A stretch of 46,767 nt of DNA from a virus, in the IMG/VR virus record IMGVR_UViG_2751185817_000001; one strand, 5' to 3'. Of this stretch, positions 1-7,771 are shown one piece after another; position 1 is the stretch's first letter, and every line of letters begins with the position of its first letter. The position numbers and the translations under genes were made by a program. The notes below the pieces were generated by a model. It saw only the letters and a list, made by a program, of their open reading frames with translations, searched no databases and had not been told where the DNA came from.

Positions 1-982
1 TGGCAAGAACGCCGGACTCGATGAGCTGCTCCTCGGTGATCCGGATCAGCACCGAGCCGAACGCTGCCATCAGGCGCATGTTGTCTTCCGCAGAGTCCCG
101 CATGAACGGGGTCGCGGTCAGGGCAACACGGATCGTAGCGTTCTTGCAGTGCTTCAGGATCTCGTAATAGCTGTTGCCGCCCGCCTCGTGCGCTTCCTCG
201 CCGATCACGACATCGATCAGCTCAAGGAACTTCAGATAGCGATTTCGCTTTTTCGTCTTTTCGTCAAATCGCTCCTGAGCGAGCCGGCGCACCTCCTCCT
301 TCGAGATGTCGGCGTTCTTCTTCTTGGAGCGGTGATGGCTCTTGGTGACGGCGAGGATCTCCTTCTGCAGGTTCGGCTCCTCGAGAGCTTCGACGAGCGT
401 CTGCACCATGCCAAGGTTCACACCTTTGACCATCTTCTCGTTGCCGTCGCCGATGACGCCGGTGTTCAAGCCGAGGTCATCGAGCTGCTTCTTCATTTGG
501 TAGAGCAGAACCTTGCGCGTCGTCAGGAAGAGGGTAGGGCGCCGGTAGCGCATCATGATCATCTTGGCGATCTTCGACTTACCACCGCCTGTTGCGACTT
601 GGATGATGCCACGGCCGAACTTCTCGACGCGCTTGAGACTATCCGGCTGGTGGGTGTAGCGCGGATCATCGTTGCCAAAGGCGTCGACAATCGGGTTCTC
701 CGGGCCGAGCGGCTCCGCGTGCGGCTTGCGGAAGAGCTGAACCTTGTAGCCAAGCCGCATCAGCTCCTTGTGCACCATGAAGGCAAAGCCAGCCGGGAAG
801 GAGTGCGTCTTGTATTCGTAGAAGGATGACTTGCCATCCCAGGTGCCCTGGTTGAAGGCGAAGCTCTGCTCGGCGCCCTGGACCAGATAGGAGAGGAGGT
901 CGGAAACAACGTCGGCAACCTTCTCCGGTGGGTCCAAAAGTCGGGCGTTCACTGCGTTAAATGCCAATTTGATGACGGTCAT
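1..982 (-). CDS. Superfamily 2 DNA helicase (UvsW/XPB-like), runs off left edge
   Basis: Manual translation from ATG at 982 (MTVIKLAFNAVNARLL...) gives Walker A VATGGGKS, Walker B variant IGEEAH and motif III LTATP. No stop before position 1, so it is absent from the ORF track. Confidence 0.9.
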   Translation of the reverse strand, partial: MTVIKLAFNAVNARLLDPPEKVADVVSDLLSYLVQGAEQSFAFNQGTWDGKSSFYEYKTHSFPAGFAFMVHKELMRLGYKVQLFRKPHAEPLGPENPIVDAFGNDDPRYTHQPDSLKRVEKFGRGIIQVATGGGKSKIAKMIMMRYRRPTLFLTTRKVLLYQMKKQLDDLGLNTGVIGDGNEKMVKGVNLGMVQTLVEALEEPNLQKEILAVTKSHHRSKKKNADISKEEVRRLAQERFDEKTKKRNRYLKFLELIDVVIGEEAHEAGGNSYYEILKHCKNATIRVALTATPFMRDSAEDNMRLMAAFGSVLIRITEEQLIESGVLA

Positions 983-994
983 AAAAATCTCGCG

Positions 995-1041
995 TTGCCT
1001 ATTGCCTTGTTCGGCGCGTATGATAAATCAATATTTACTGA
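995..1041 (+). promoter_or_regulatory. sigma70-like promoter with 18-bp operator copy
   Basis: TTGCCT(995-1000)-18bp-TATGAT(1019-1024); operator TAAATCAATATTTACTGA at 1024-1041, between the divergent helicase and the ParB-like operon. Confidence 0.7.
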
Positions 1042-1069
1042 CTGCCACCCTCTATTGGACAAGGCCTGA

Positions 1070-1828
1070 ATGACATATCCGATGATGTTGGAGCTCGATC
1101 CGAAGCTCCTGACGCCAAACCCCTGGAACACCAACATCGTGACGCCCGAGAACGAGGCGAAGCTGGAGGAGTCCATTCGGCGCCTTGGTTTCTTTCGTCC
1201 GGCCGTGGTTCGCGAAATCGCTAATTCTGGCAATAGCGAAAACGCTATTCTCTACGAAATCTTGGGTGGCGAACATCGCGCTCAAGTCGCTGCAAAGCTT
1301 GGTCTTTCGACCATCCCGGTGGTGAATCTCGGTCCGATCGATGATCTGAAGGCAAAGGAAATTGGCATTGCCGACAACTCGCGCTACGGCATGGACGACC
1401 AATTCGCCTTTGCAGACCTCATCAAGGGGATGGGCAATGCGGATCAACTGAAGGACTTCCTCCCATACACCGAGCACGACTTCGCAGACCTGTTCACAAC
1501 TTCAGAGATAGACATCGATTCACTGGGTCTCGATGAAAATTTCGAAAAGGAACCGGAAAACGAGCCAGACGGTGAAGATATCGCGCCGACGAAGGCCCCA
1601 AAGACCCACACGATCATCCGATACAAGGTCGCCAATCGCGACGCCGAGGACATCACCGCTCTGATCGAGCGCACGATGAAGGACAATGGTTTCACGTCAT
1701 CCGACGATCTAACCAACGCCGGCGACGCCCTGGTCCATCTCCTGTTTGCCAGCCGCAACAAGCAGCAGGCCGATGCCGAGCTCGATGACCTCAGCGATCT
1801 CGATGATCTCGACGGGGCGACCGACTGA
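1070..1828 (+). CDS. ParB/Srx N-terminal domain protein 1
   Basis: PNPWNTN...ESIRRLGFFRPAVVRE...YEILGGEHR...LGLSTIPVV ParB-N signature; acidic C-terminal part; no parS-binding HTH evident. Confidence 0.85.
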   Translation: MTYPMMLELDPKLLTPNPWNTNIVTPENEAKLEESIRRLGFFRPAVVREIANSGNSENAILYEILGGEHRAQVAAKLGLSTIPVVNLGPIDDLKAKEIGIADNSRYGMDDQFAFADLIKGMGNADQLKDFLPYTEHDFADLFTTSEIDIDSLGLDENFEKEPENEPDGEDIAPTKAPKTHTIIRYKVANRDAEDITALIERTMKDNGFTSSDDLTNAGDALVHLLFASRNKQQADAELDDLSDLDDLDGATD

Positions 1829-2007
1829 TGTTCGTTCGCCCGAAATTCGACGACTGCAAGTCCTGCGTCTTCTTCCTGCGCAACCGGGTCAATCCGGTCT
1901 GCGGTGCGTGCGATTCCGGCGAGTTCTACGAACAGAAGATCCGCGTCCGCGAGAAGACCAATAACGAACTCATGGAACTTTACGGGGAATACCACGATGA
2001 CGAATAA
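1828..2007 (+). CDS. 59-aa CxxC...CxxC putative zinc-binding protein
   Basis: TGATG overlap with the upstream stop; MFVRPKFDDCKSCVFFLRNRVNPVCGACDSGEFYEQ...HDDE*; below the ORF-track length cutoff. Confidence 0.75.
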   Translation: MFVRPKFDDCKSCVFFLRNRVNPVCGACDSGEFYEQKIRVREKTNNELMELYGEYHDDE

Positions 2008-2662
2008 AGCCGTCGCGCTGATCGCTGTTGCCGACCTGAAGCCATACGAGAACAACGCCAAGAAGCATTCAGACGATCAGGTCGAGAAGCTTTCGGCGCT
2101 CATCAACAAATACGGCTGGACCTCGCCAATCGTCACGGACGGCGACCTAGTGATTATCGCCGGTCACGGTCGGCGCCTGGCAGCGCTCAATCTTGGCCTC
2201 GAGAAGGTGCCGGTGATCGTCCGCGACGATCTCAGCAAGGATGAGGCCAATGCGCTGCGCCTGGCTGACAACCGCGTCGCCTCGACCGATTACGATCTGG
2301 AGCTGGAGCAGGCCGAGCTGGCGCTTTTGGCTGAAGTCGAGGGCATCGATCTCTCCATCCTCGGCTATTCCGAGCACGAGCTGAACTTCGCGACGTCCGA
2401 TCTCCTCGAGATGGAAGATACGATCTTTGTCGAGGACGTCGGTGCTGCCGTCGAAAAGCAGAAGAGCGAGAACGAGGCCAAAACCAGCGAAGTCGATGAC
2501 GTGGCTGCCCCTGTGGCAGATGCCCTGGGCTTCAAGCGGGTCACGATCGCTGAGAGCCGCACGATCCGCGATCTCATGAGCCGGATGGAGAAGTCGACCG
2601 GCCTGAAAGGTCCGGATGCGCTGATCACCTTCATCTCTGACGCGCTGGACGTTGCTGCATGA
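1997..2662 (+). CDS. ParB/Srx N-terminal domain protein 2
   Basis: LKPYENNAKKH...GWTSPIV...IIAGHGRRLAA...LRLADNRVA, the type often found with phage DNA-modification enzymes. Start moved to ATG 1997 after GGGGAA. Confidence 0.85.
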   Translation: MTNKAVALIAVADLKPYENNAKKHSDDQVEKLSALINKYGWTSPIVTDGDLVIIAGHGRRLAALNLGLEKVPVIVRDDLSKDEANALRLADNRVASTDYDLELEQAELALLAEVEGIDLSILGYSEHELNFATSDLLEMEDTIFVEDVGAAVEKQKSENEAKTSEVDDVAAPVADALGFKRVTIAESRTIRDLMSRMEKSTGLKGPDALITFISDALDVAA

Positions 2663-3087
2663 GCGACGAGCGCAGGGTCATCGATCTCAAGTCGCGCAAG
2701 CCCTTTGCGCAAGCGCGGGCCGAAGAGACGAAGCGCAGGCGGGCTGCGACCCGCAAGGCCAAGAAGGAAACGGCTGACGCGATCATGGAGCATCGCGAGG
2801 CTGTGATCGAAACGCTCGAAGGCATGATCAAGATGGTCAGGGCAGGGGAGCTCGAGGGTCTGGTCTGCGTCATGCGCAATCCGGCGAGCAAGCTCTTCAT
2901 GACCGACGTTGTGATGGACGACCGGATCATCCCGCCAAACGATCTGCACGCCTATGTCGGCGTGATCGAGACGCTGAAGCTCGAACTGGCTGACAGCGCG
3001 GCCGCAAATGCGCCGGCGCTGCTCATCGGTGGCGAGGTGGTCGACCCGACAATGCAGCCCGCCGACGAAGAATGGGAATACGAATGA
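2659..3087 (+). CDS. hypothetical protein
   Basis: ATGA overlaps at both ends; codon usage matches neighbours. Confidence 0.75.
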   Translation: MSDERRVIDLKSRKPFAQARAEETKRRRAATRKAKKETADAIMEHREAVIETLEGMIKMVRAGELEGLVCVMRNPASKLFMTDVVMDDRIIPPNDLHAYVGVIETLKLELADSAAANAPALLIGGEVVDPTMQPADEEWEYE

Positions 3088-3728
3088 CCATCTACACCAT
3101 CAATTGCTCGTTCAGCTCGTCCGTCGAGCGCACGTCGCGCGTGCTTGAGATCGCAGAAGGCTTCGGCCTGGGACTGACCGAGAAGCGCTTCACCATCTAC
3201 GACAACCTGCAGCTCGATCTGCGCGCCGACGATGTGGTCTACATCAACGGTCAGTCCGGCTCGGGCAAGTCGCTGCTCTTGCGCGAGCTTGTGCGCCAGA
3301 TGCGCGCCGAGGGCAGGGTGGTCGCGGATCTCAATGAGATCGAGCTCGATGACCGCCCGGTGATCGACCAGCTCGGCAAGAACACCAATGAGGCGCTGTA
3401 TCTGTTGGCCCGCGCCGGCATCTCTGACGCCTGGATCTATATTCGCAAACCCTCGGAACTCTCCGACGGCCAGCGTTATCGCCTGAAGCTGGCAAAGGTC
3501 ATGGAGACCGATGCTGACGTCTGGGCTGCCGACGAGTTCGGCGCCGTCCTCGACCGCGTGACAGCCAAGGCTATCGCAATGAGCGTCCAGAAGGTCGCTC
3601 GTGAACGGGGCAAGAGCCTCATCGTTGCAACCACCCACACCGACCTCGAGGCAGAGCTGGCGCCCAACATCGCCATCTACAAGCGCTTCAAGGAGAAGGT
3701 CGATATCACTCAAGGAGAAGCAGCATGA
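3084..3728 (+). CDS. stand-alone ABC-type ATPase
   Basis: Walker A GQSGSGKS, signature LSDGQRYR, Walker B WAADEF, H-loop ATTH; no permease gene nearby. Confidence 0.9.
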   Translation: MTIYTINCSFSSSVERTSRVLEIAEGFGLGLTEKRFTIYDNLQLDLRADDVVYINGQSGSGKSLLLRELVRQMRAEGRVVADLNEIELDDRPVIDQLGKNTNEALYLLARAGISDAWIYIRKPSELSDGQRYRLKLAKVMETDADVWAADEFGAVLDRVTAKAIAMSVQKVARERGKSLIVATTHTDLEAELAPNIAIYKRFKEKVDITQGEAA

Positions 3729-4009
3729 TGAATTTCGGAAATGCGATCGAGCACGTGAAGCGCGGCGGGCGAGCAGCTCGCATGGGCTGGAACGGCCAAA
3801 ACATGTTCGTCTACCTCAACCGTGGCTCGATGCCCGTCACGGCAGCTTTCCCGGTAAACGGCGTGGCGCCAAATCTCTTCGACGCCGGATCGCCTGATAC
3901 CATTCCGCGGATGCCGAACTTCAATCTGAAGACGCCCGACGGCATGACTGTCACCGGCTGGGTCGCGTCCCAGGTCGACATGCTGGCTGACGACTGGTTC
4001 ATCTGCTGA
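3725..4009 (+). CDS. DUF2829 / Tad2-like anti-defence sponge protein
   Basis: MNFGNAIEHVKRGGRAARMGWNGQNMFVYL...LKTPDG...GWVASQVDMLADDW matches the recalled DUF2829 consensus (F..A...K.G..AR.GWNG..MF ... W.ASQ.DMLA.DW). Confidence 0.85.
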   Translation: MMNFGNAIEHVKRGGRAARMGWNGQNMFVYLNRGSMPVTAAFPVNGVAPNLFDAGSPDTIPRMPNFNLKTPDGMTVTGWVASQVDMLADDWFIC

Positions 4010-4203
4010 TGACCGAGCTCTACCGCACCACACGCGAAATCGTCATTCCGGCCGGCACTGAAGTCGGCCCTGGTCCGCGCAGATCCGAATATCACACGCC
4101 ACACGGCGATATCGTGATCGGGTTCGACAAGGACACAACCGGCTCGCTGCGCTTTGATCTGGAAGAGGCAATCACCCTCGGTCTGATCGAGCCGGTGAAA
4201 TGA
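4009..4203 (+). CDS. hypothetical protein (64 aa)
   Basis: TGATG and ATGA overlaps within the operon. Confidence 0.7.
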   Translation: MTELYRTTREIVIPAGTEVGPGPRRSEYHTPHGDIVIGFDKDTTGSLRFDLEEAITLGLIEPVK

Positions 4204-4418
4204 CCAAGCGGGGCTACCTCTATTCGGTCTGTTGCGCCCTCGGCATCCTCGTCAACGCGGTTTGCGGTGGCGAGGCAAAACAGACGCTCTGTGCCCGCGG
4301 TGCTCTGGCGCAACGCTCCGGCAAGCGCTGGGGCTGCGTGCTGTGTCAGATCGCCGAGCGCCTCGATCCGGGTCATTGCTCGCGATCACTTTCAAGCTGG
4401 CTGAAAAGGAAGTCCTGA
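4200..4418 (+). CDS. small Cys-rich phage protein
   Basis: NAVCGG...QTLCAR...WGCVLC...LDPGHC pattern resembles a small conserved phage family; ATGA overlap. Confidence 0.7.
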   Translation: MTKRGYLYSVCCALGILVNAVCGGEAKQTLCARGALAQRSGKRWGCVLCQIAERLDPGHCSRSLSSWLKRKS

Positions 4419-4419
4419 T

Positions 4420-4530
4420 ATGGCGAAGTCGCTAATTCTCTCTTTCGCTATTTCGCTACTGGTGAGCGCTTGCACTGCGAGCGCTCCCGTATACGCAAAA
4501 CTTGACGGAGCGCGCTGTGAGCGAACCTGA
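4420..4530 (+). CDS. 36-aa putative lipoprotein
   Basis: AAGGAAG RBS; MAKSLILSFAISLLVSA-CTASAPVYAKLDGARCERT*, with basic N-terminus, hydrophobic core and lipobox VSAC. Confidence 0.55.
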   Translation: MAKSLILSFAISLLVSACTASAPVYAKLDGARCERT

Positions 4531-5401
4531 GCTGATTGTGCAGCGTTTTGAAAGCCCTCGAGCACGTTTCACGCTGGCCGAAGATATGTTCGTCGAGCGA
4601 GGCACGGCAGCCGACTGGGAATTGCTGCACGACCTTCACTACAAGGCCGAGGCTTTGCCGTTTGCGCCGAAGTTCTGGCGCCTGGTCATCGGCCGCGACA
4701 CGATCGGCGTGCTCGTCACCGGAGCACCCAAGGGAATGCTGCGCGAGCGGCACGACGTCTTTCCGAACCTGAAGCCGACCGGCCAGGAGACGAAGATGAC
4801 CAACACCAACCGGTTCAAGTTCCTCAACAAGAACTTCCGCGTGGTTTCGCGCTTTGTCGTGGACACTATGTATCGCGGGATCGGCGCCGGCTACCGGATG
4901 ATGAACCTCGTCTCGCGCATGGAAGCTTCGGACCCGGCAAAGCCGCTGAAGGTCATCGAGATCCAGTCGTCCATGTCGAAATTCAACATCTTCGGCCAGA
5001 AGGCGGGCTTCAAGTTCGCCGCGCCGAAGAACGCCAATAAATACGACGCCGGGATGAAGTTCTTCCGCTCGCACTTCGAGGCTACACCCCAGGACTTCGA
5101 GGCGGTCGTCGCCGAGATCGAAGCCTCGAGCAATCCGGAGCGCCTGGCGCAGGCCTGCCGCGACTTCTATCTGCGCAACTCCGCTATGGAGAACACCGGG
5201 TCAGCCCGCGATCGCGCCCAGGCCAAGGTCGCCGCTATGAGCGTGCGCGACCTGGTGAAGGGCATTCAGCAGGTTAGTCTGGCCTCGCCGATGTATGGCG
5301 TCTGGAAGGCAGTGGATGCGCCGGGCACGGTTCCCGATCGTCTGCCGCTCCTGGCCTTCGACTGTCAGGGTCCGTCTGAGCCTTTGAGGTGGAAGCCGTG
5401 A
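4517..5401 (+). CDS. GNAT-fold acetyltransferase (possible Mom-like DNA-modifying enzyme)
   Basis: VVSRFVVDTMYRGIGAGYRMM acetyl-CoA-binding motif; LHYK motif near the N-terminus; GTG start after GGAG. Confidence 0.75.
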   Translation: MSEPELIVQRFESPRARFTLAEDMFVERGTAADWELLHDLHYKAEALPFAPKFWRLVIGRDTIGVLVTGAPKGMLRERHDVFPNLKPTGQETKMTNTNRFKFLNKNFRVVSRFVVDTMYRGIGAGYRMMNLVSRMEASDPAKPLKVIEIQSSMSKFNIFGQKAGFKFAAPKNANKYDAGMKFFRSHFEATPQDFEAVVAEIEASSNPERLAQACRDFYLRNSAMENTGSARDRAQAKVAAMSVRDLVKGIQQVSLASPMYGVWKAVDAPGTVPDRLPLLAFDCQGPSEPLRWKP

Positions 5402-5640
5402 GTATGATCCGCAGAGGCGAGAAGCATGCTGAGATCGCCGGCATCATTCTTACAGCCGCAGATGATGGTAAGTTTCTCACTCTAACCGAGATCCACGAAA
5501 ACCTTTCTTACGGATGCGCCTACGGCTCGCTCCGGAAGATCATCAAGTTATTCGAAGAAAGAAATTGGATAACCAAGGAACGCGCCGGAATGTCTGTTTT
5601 GGTAAAGCCTAACAAGCTTCTCTATGAATGGTTCCGGTGA
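5398..5640 (+). CDS. winged-helix DNA-binding protein
   Basis: LTLTEIHENL...YGSLRKIIKLFEERNWITKER...VLVKP MarR-like wHTH pattern; GTGA overlap with the GNAT stop. Confidence 0.7.
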   Translation: MSMIRRGEKHAEIAGIILTAADDGKFLTLTEIHENLSYGCAYGSLRKIIKLFEERNWITKERAGMSVLVKPNKLLYEWFR

Positions 5641-5643
5641 CGT

Positions 5644-5725
5644 TCCGGTCCGTCTCTCATCTATATGTATTATACTCTTATATTCTTTATACAGTATAAG
5701 ATACTTAGAAGGGAGTTGGACCGGA
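5644..5725. repeat. AT-rich imperfect inverted-repeat element, copy 1
   Basis: TCCGGTCC...66-bp AT-rich core...GGACCGGA; the first 21 bp are identical to 33662-33682. Confidence 0.8.
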
Positions 5726-5762
5726 TTGTCTGCGCGTGTTACGATAAGTAAATACTGATTGA
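5716..5762 (+). promoter_or_regulatory. promoter with operator copy upstream of terminase
   Basis: TTGGAC-18bp-TACGAT; TAAGTAAATACTGATTGA at 5745-5762 (reverse orientation). Confidence 0.6.
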
Positions 5763-5775
5763 CTGGTTCCGGTGA

Positions 5776-6441
5776 ATGACTGAGGAAAATACCACTCCGG
5801 CTAGCGAAGATGATGTCGACGCAAAAGCCAAGCGAATGCCTGACGCGGACTACGCCGAGGCAAAGGAGCTCTATGAGCTGGGCAAGATGCGTCTGTCCGA
5901 CCTGGCCGAGCGCTTCAATGTCTCCCGACAGGGGCTTTGGAAGAAGTTCAAGAAGGATGGCGTCGTATACGGCTCCAGAGCGGCAGAGGTGAGCGCCGCG
6001 GTGTCGGCTGGTGTGAAGCAGGCGGTGACGTCGACTGTCGGCCAGCAAGTCTCTCAGGCGCTCGAGCGCTACAACGACAAGCGCGCCGAGTGGATCGAGG
6101 AAACTCGCACCTCCGGCTACAAGTCGCTGAAGCAAGCCGACATGCTGGCGAAGAAGATCGTCGCCGACGCGGTGAAGAACTCCGCCTCGATGCGCACGAC
6201 CGACGACGACCTGAAGGCTGTCGCTCGTTTCCAGAAGATCCTCGTCGAGAACACGCTCACCCGGCTCGATATCCTGCGCGCCAACGACATGATCGATGAA
6301 GATGACCTGCCGGAGATCCACTTCGAGGATCTGACCGATGAGGACATTCTCAAGCATCACCGTGAGAACGGCCTGATCGAGGAGGGCGAGGATCCAGATG
6401 CGATCCTTGCCGAGCTCAACAACGTGGAGATCGACGATTGA
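5776..6441 (+). CDS. terS: terminase small subunit (putative)
   Basis: N-terminal HTH (LSDLAERFNVSRQGLWKKF), helical body, immediately upstream of and overlapping terL. Confidence 0.75.
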   Translation: MTEENTTPASEDDVDAKAKRMPDADYAEAKELYELGKMRLSDLAERFNVSRQGLWKKFKKDGVVYGSRAAEVSAAVSAGVKQAVTSTVGQQVSQALERYNDKRAEWIEETRTSGYKSLKQADMLAKKIVADAVKNSASMRTTDDDLKAVARFQKILVENTLTRLDILRANDMIDEDDLPEIHFEDLTDEDILKHHRENGLIEEGEDPDAILAELNNVEIDD

Positions 6442-7715
6442 GCTCCACCTCCTGCATTCTGAAGGCGCACCGCGGTCAGAAGATCGTCATCAAGGACAAG
6501 CGTCGCTTCAAGGTCATCGTCGCCGGCCGACGCTGGGGCAAGACGCAGATCTCCAAGATCGCGTTGATCAAGGCTGCCGTGTCGAAAAAGAACCAGCTCT
6601 GCTGGTATGTGGCGCCGACCTACCAGATGGCTCGGCAGATCCTTTGGGACGATCTCAAGCGCTCGATCCCAAAGGCGCTCATCGTCTATAACGGCATCAA
6701 TGAGACTCGGATGACCATCCGGCTTGTCAACGGCTCCAAGATCGAGCTGAAGGGCGCCGATAATCCGGATACGCTGCGCGGCGTTGGCATCAACTTCCTG
6801 GTGCTCGACGAAGCCCAGGACATGAAGGAAGACACCTGGAAGACGGTTCTGCGCCCGACGCTCGCCTCGACGGGCGGTCAGGTGATCTTCATCGGCACGC
6901 CGAAGGCCTTCAACTGGCTCTACGACATGTATGTGCTTGGTCAGCGTGGCGACACATACCGTGACGACAAGGGCAAGGTCGTCGTTAACCAGTGGAAGAG
7001 CTGGCAGTTCCCGACGATCATGTCGCCGTTCATCCCGCGCTCGGAAATCGAGACGGCACGCCGCGAAATGGACCCAAAGAGCTTCCGGCAGGAGTTCGAG
7101 GCGTCTTTCGAGGCAATGTCCGGCCGCGTCTACTATCCGTTCGACCGGCGCACTCATGTCGGCGACTACCCGTTCAATCCGCGGCTGCCGATCATCATCG
7201 GTCAGGACTTTAACATCGACCCGATGTCGTCCGTCATTATGCAGGTGCAGGAGAACGGTGAGATCTGGGTGGTCGACGAAGCAATCCTGTTTGGCTCCAA
7301 TACCCAGGAGACAGCAGACGAGATCGGTCGACGCTATCATCGCTACATCAACGGCATCACTTTCTATCCTGACCCTGCCGGCAACAATCGAACGCACGCC
7401 CGCGGCGAGTCCTCGCTCGAGATCCTGCGCGACGCCGGCTTCAAGCGGATCAAGTTTAAGCGGAAGCACCCGCCTGTCGACGACCGCGTGAACTCGGTCA
7501 ACCGACTGTTGATGGATGCCGAGGGGACGATCAGACTGAGGTTCGACCGCAAGTGTCACAAGACGATCGATGCGATGGAGCAGACGATCTACAAGGCTGG
7601 CACGCGCGACGTGGATAAGAAGGCTGGCGTCGAACACCCCGCTGACGCGGTCGGCTACTTCGCGGAATTTGAGTATCCTGTCCGCAAGGTCAATATTCTC
7701 GGCGTATCTCTGTAA
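6438..7715 (+). CDS. terL: terminase large subunit
   Basis: AGRRWGKT Walker A, LVLDE Walker B, GTP coupling motif, GQDFN and HPADA nuclease motifs. Confidence 0.95.
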   Translation: MSSTSCILKAHRGQKIVIKDKRRFKVIVAGRRWGKTQISKIALIKAAVSKKNQLCWYVAPTYQMARQILWDDLKRSIPKALIVYNGINETRMTIRLVNGSKIELKGADNPDTLRGVGINFLVLDEAQDMKEDTWKTVLRPTLASTGGQVIFIGTPKAFNWLYDMYVLGQRGDTYRDDKGKVVVNQWKSWQFPTIMSPFIPRSEIETARREMDPKSFRQEFEASFEAMSGRVYYPFDRRTHVGDYPFNPRLPIIIGQDFNIDPMSSVIMQVQENGEIWVVDEAILFGSNTQETADEIGRRYHRYINGITFYPDPAGNNRTHARGESSLEILRDAGFKRIKFKRKHPPVDDRVNSVNRLLMDAEGTIRLRFDRKCHKTIDAMEQTIYKAGTRDVDKKAGVEHPADAVGYFAEFEYPVRKVNILGVSL

Positions 7716-7717
7716 GA

Positions 7718-7746
7718 TTGACGGTCAATCGATATTGACTTACCAT
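7718..7746 (+). promoter_or_regulatory. promoter with operator in spacer (portal)
   Basis: TTGACG-17bp-TACCAT; TCAATCGATATTGACTTA at 7725-7742. Confidence 0.75.
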
Positions 7747-7771
7747 AAGGTTTCAATCTCAAGGACGTGCC

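Noticed and set aside
149-829. 226-aa plus-strand ORF
   Set aside because: Antisense shadow of the minus-strand helicase, which has clear motifs.
1070-2662. ParAB plasmid partition system
   Set aside because: Both proteins have only the ParB-N domain with no evident HTH, and the nearby ATPase is ABC-type rather than a deviant-Walker ParA.
3084-3728. ABC transporter
   Set aside because: No permease or substrate-binding gene nearby.
5644-5725. N15-like telomere resolution site
   Set aside because: The palindrome is imperfect, occurs twice, and no protelomerase is visible in the window; kept only as an unexplained IR element.
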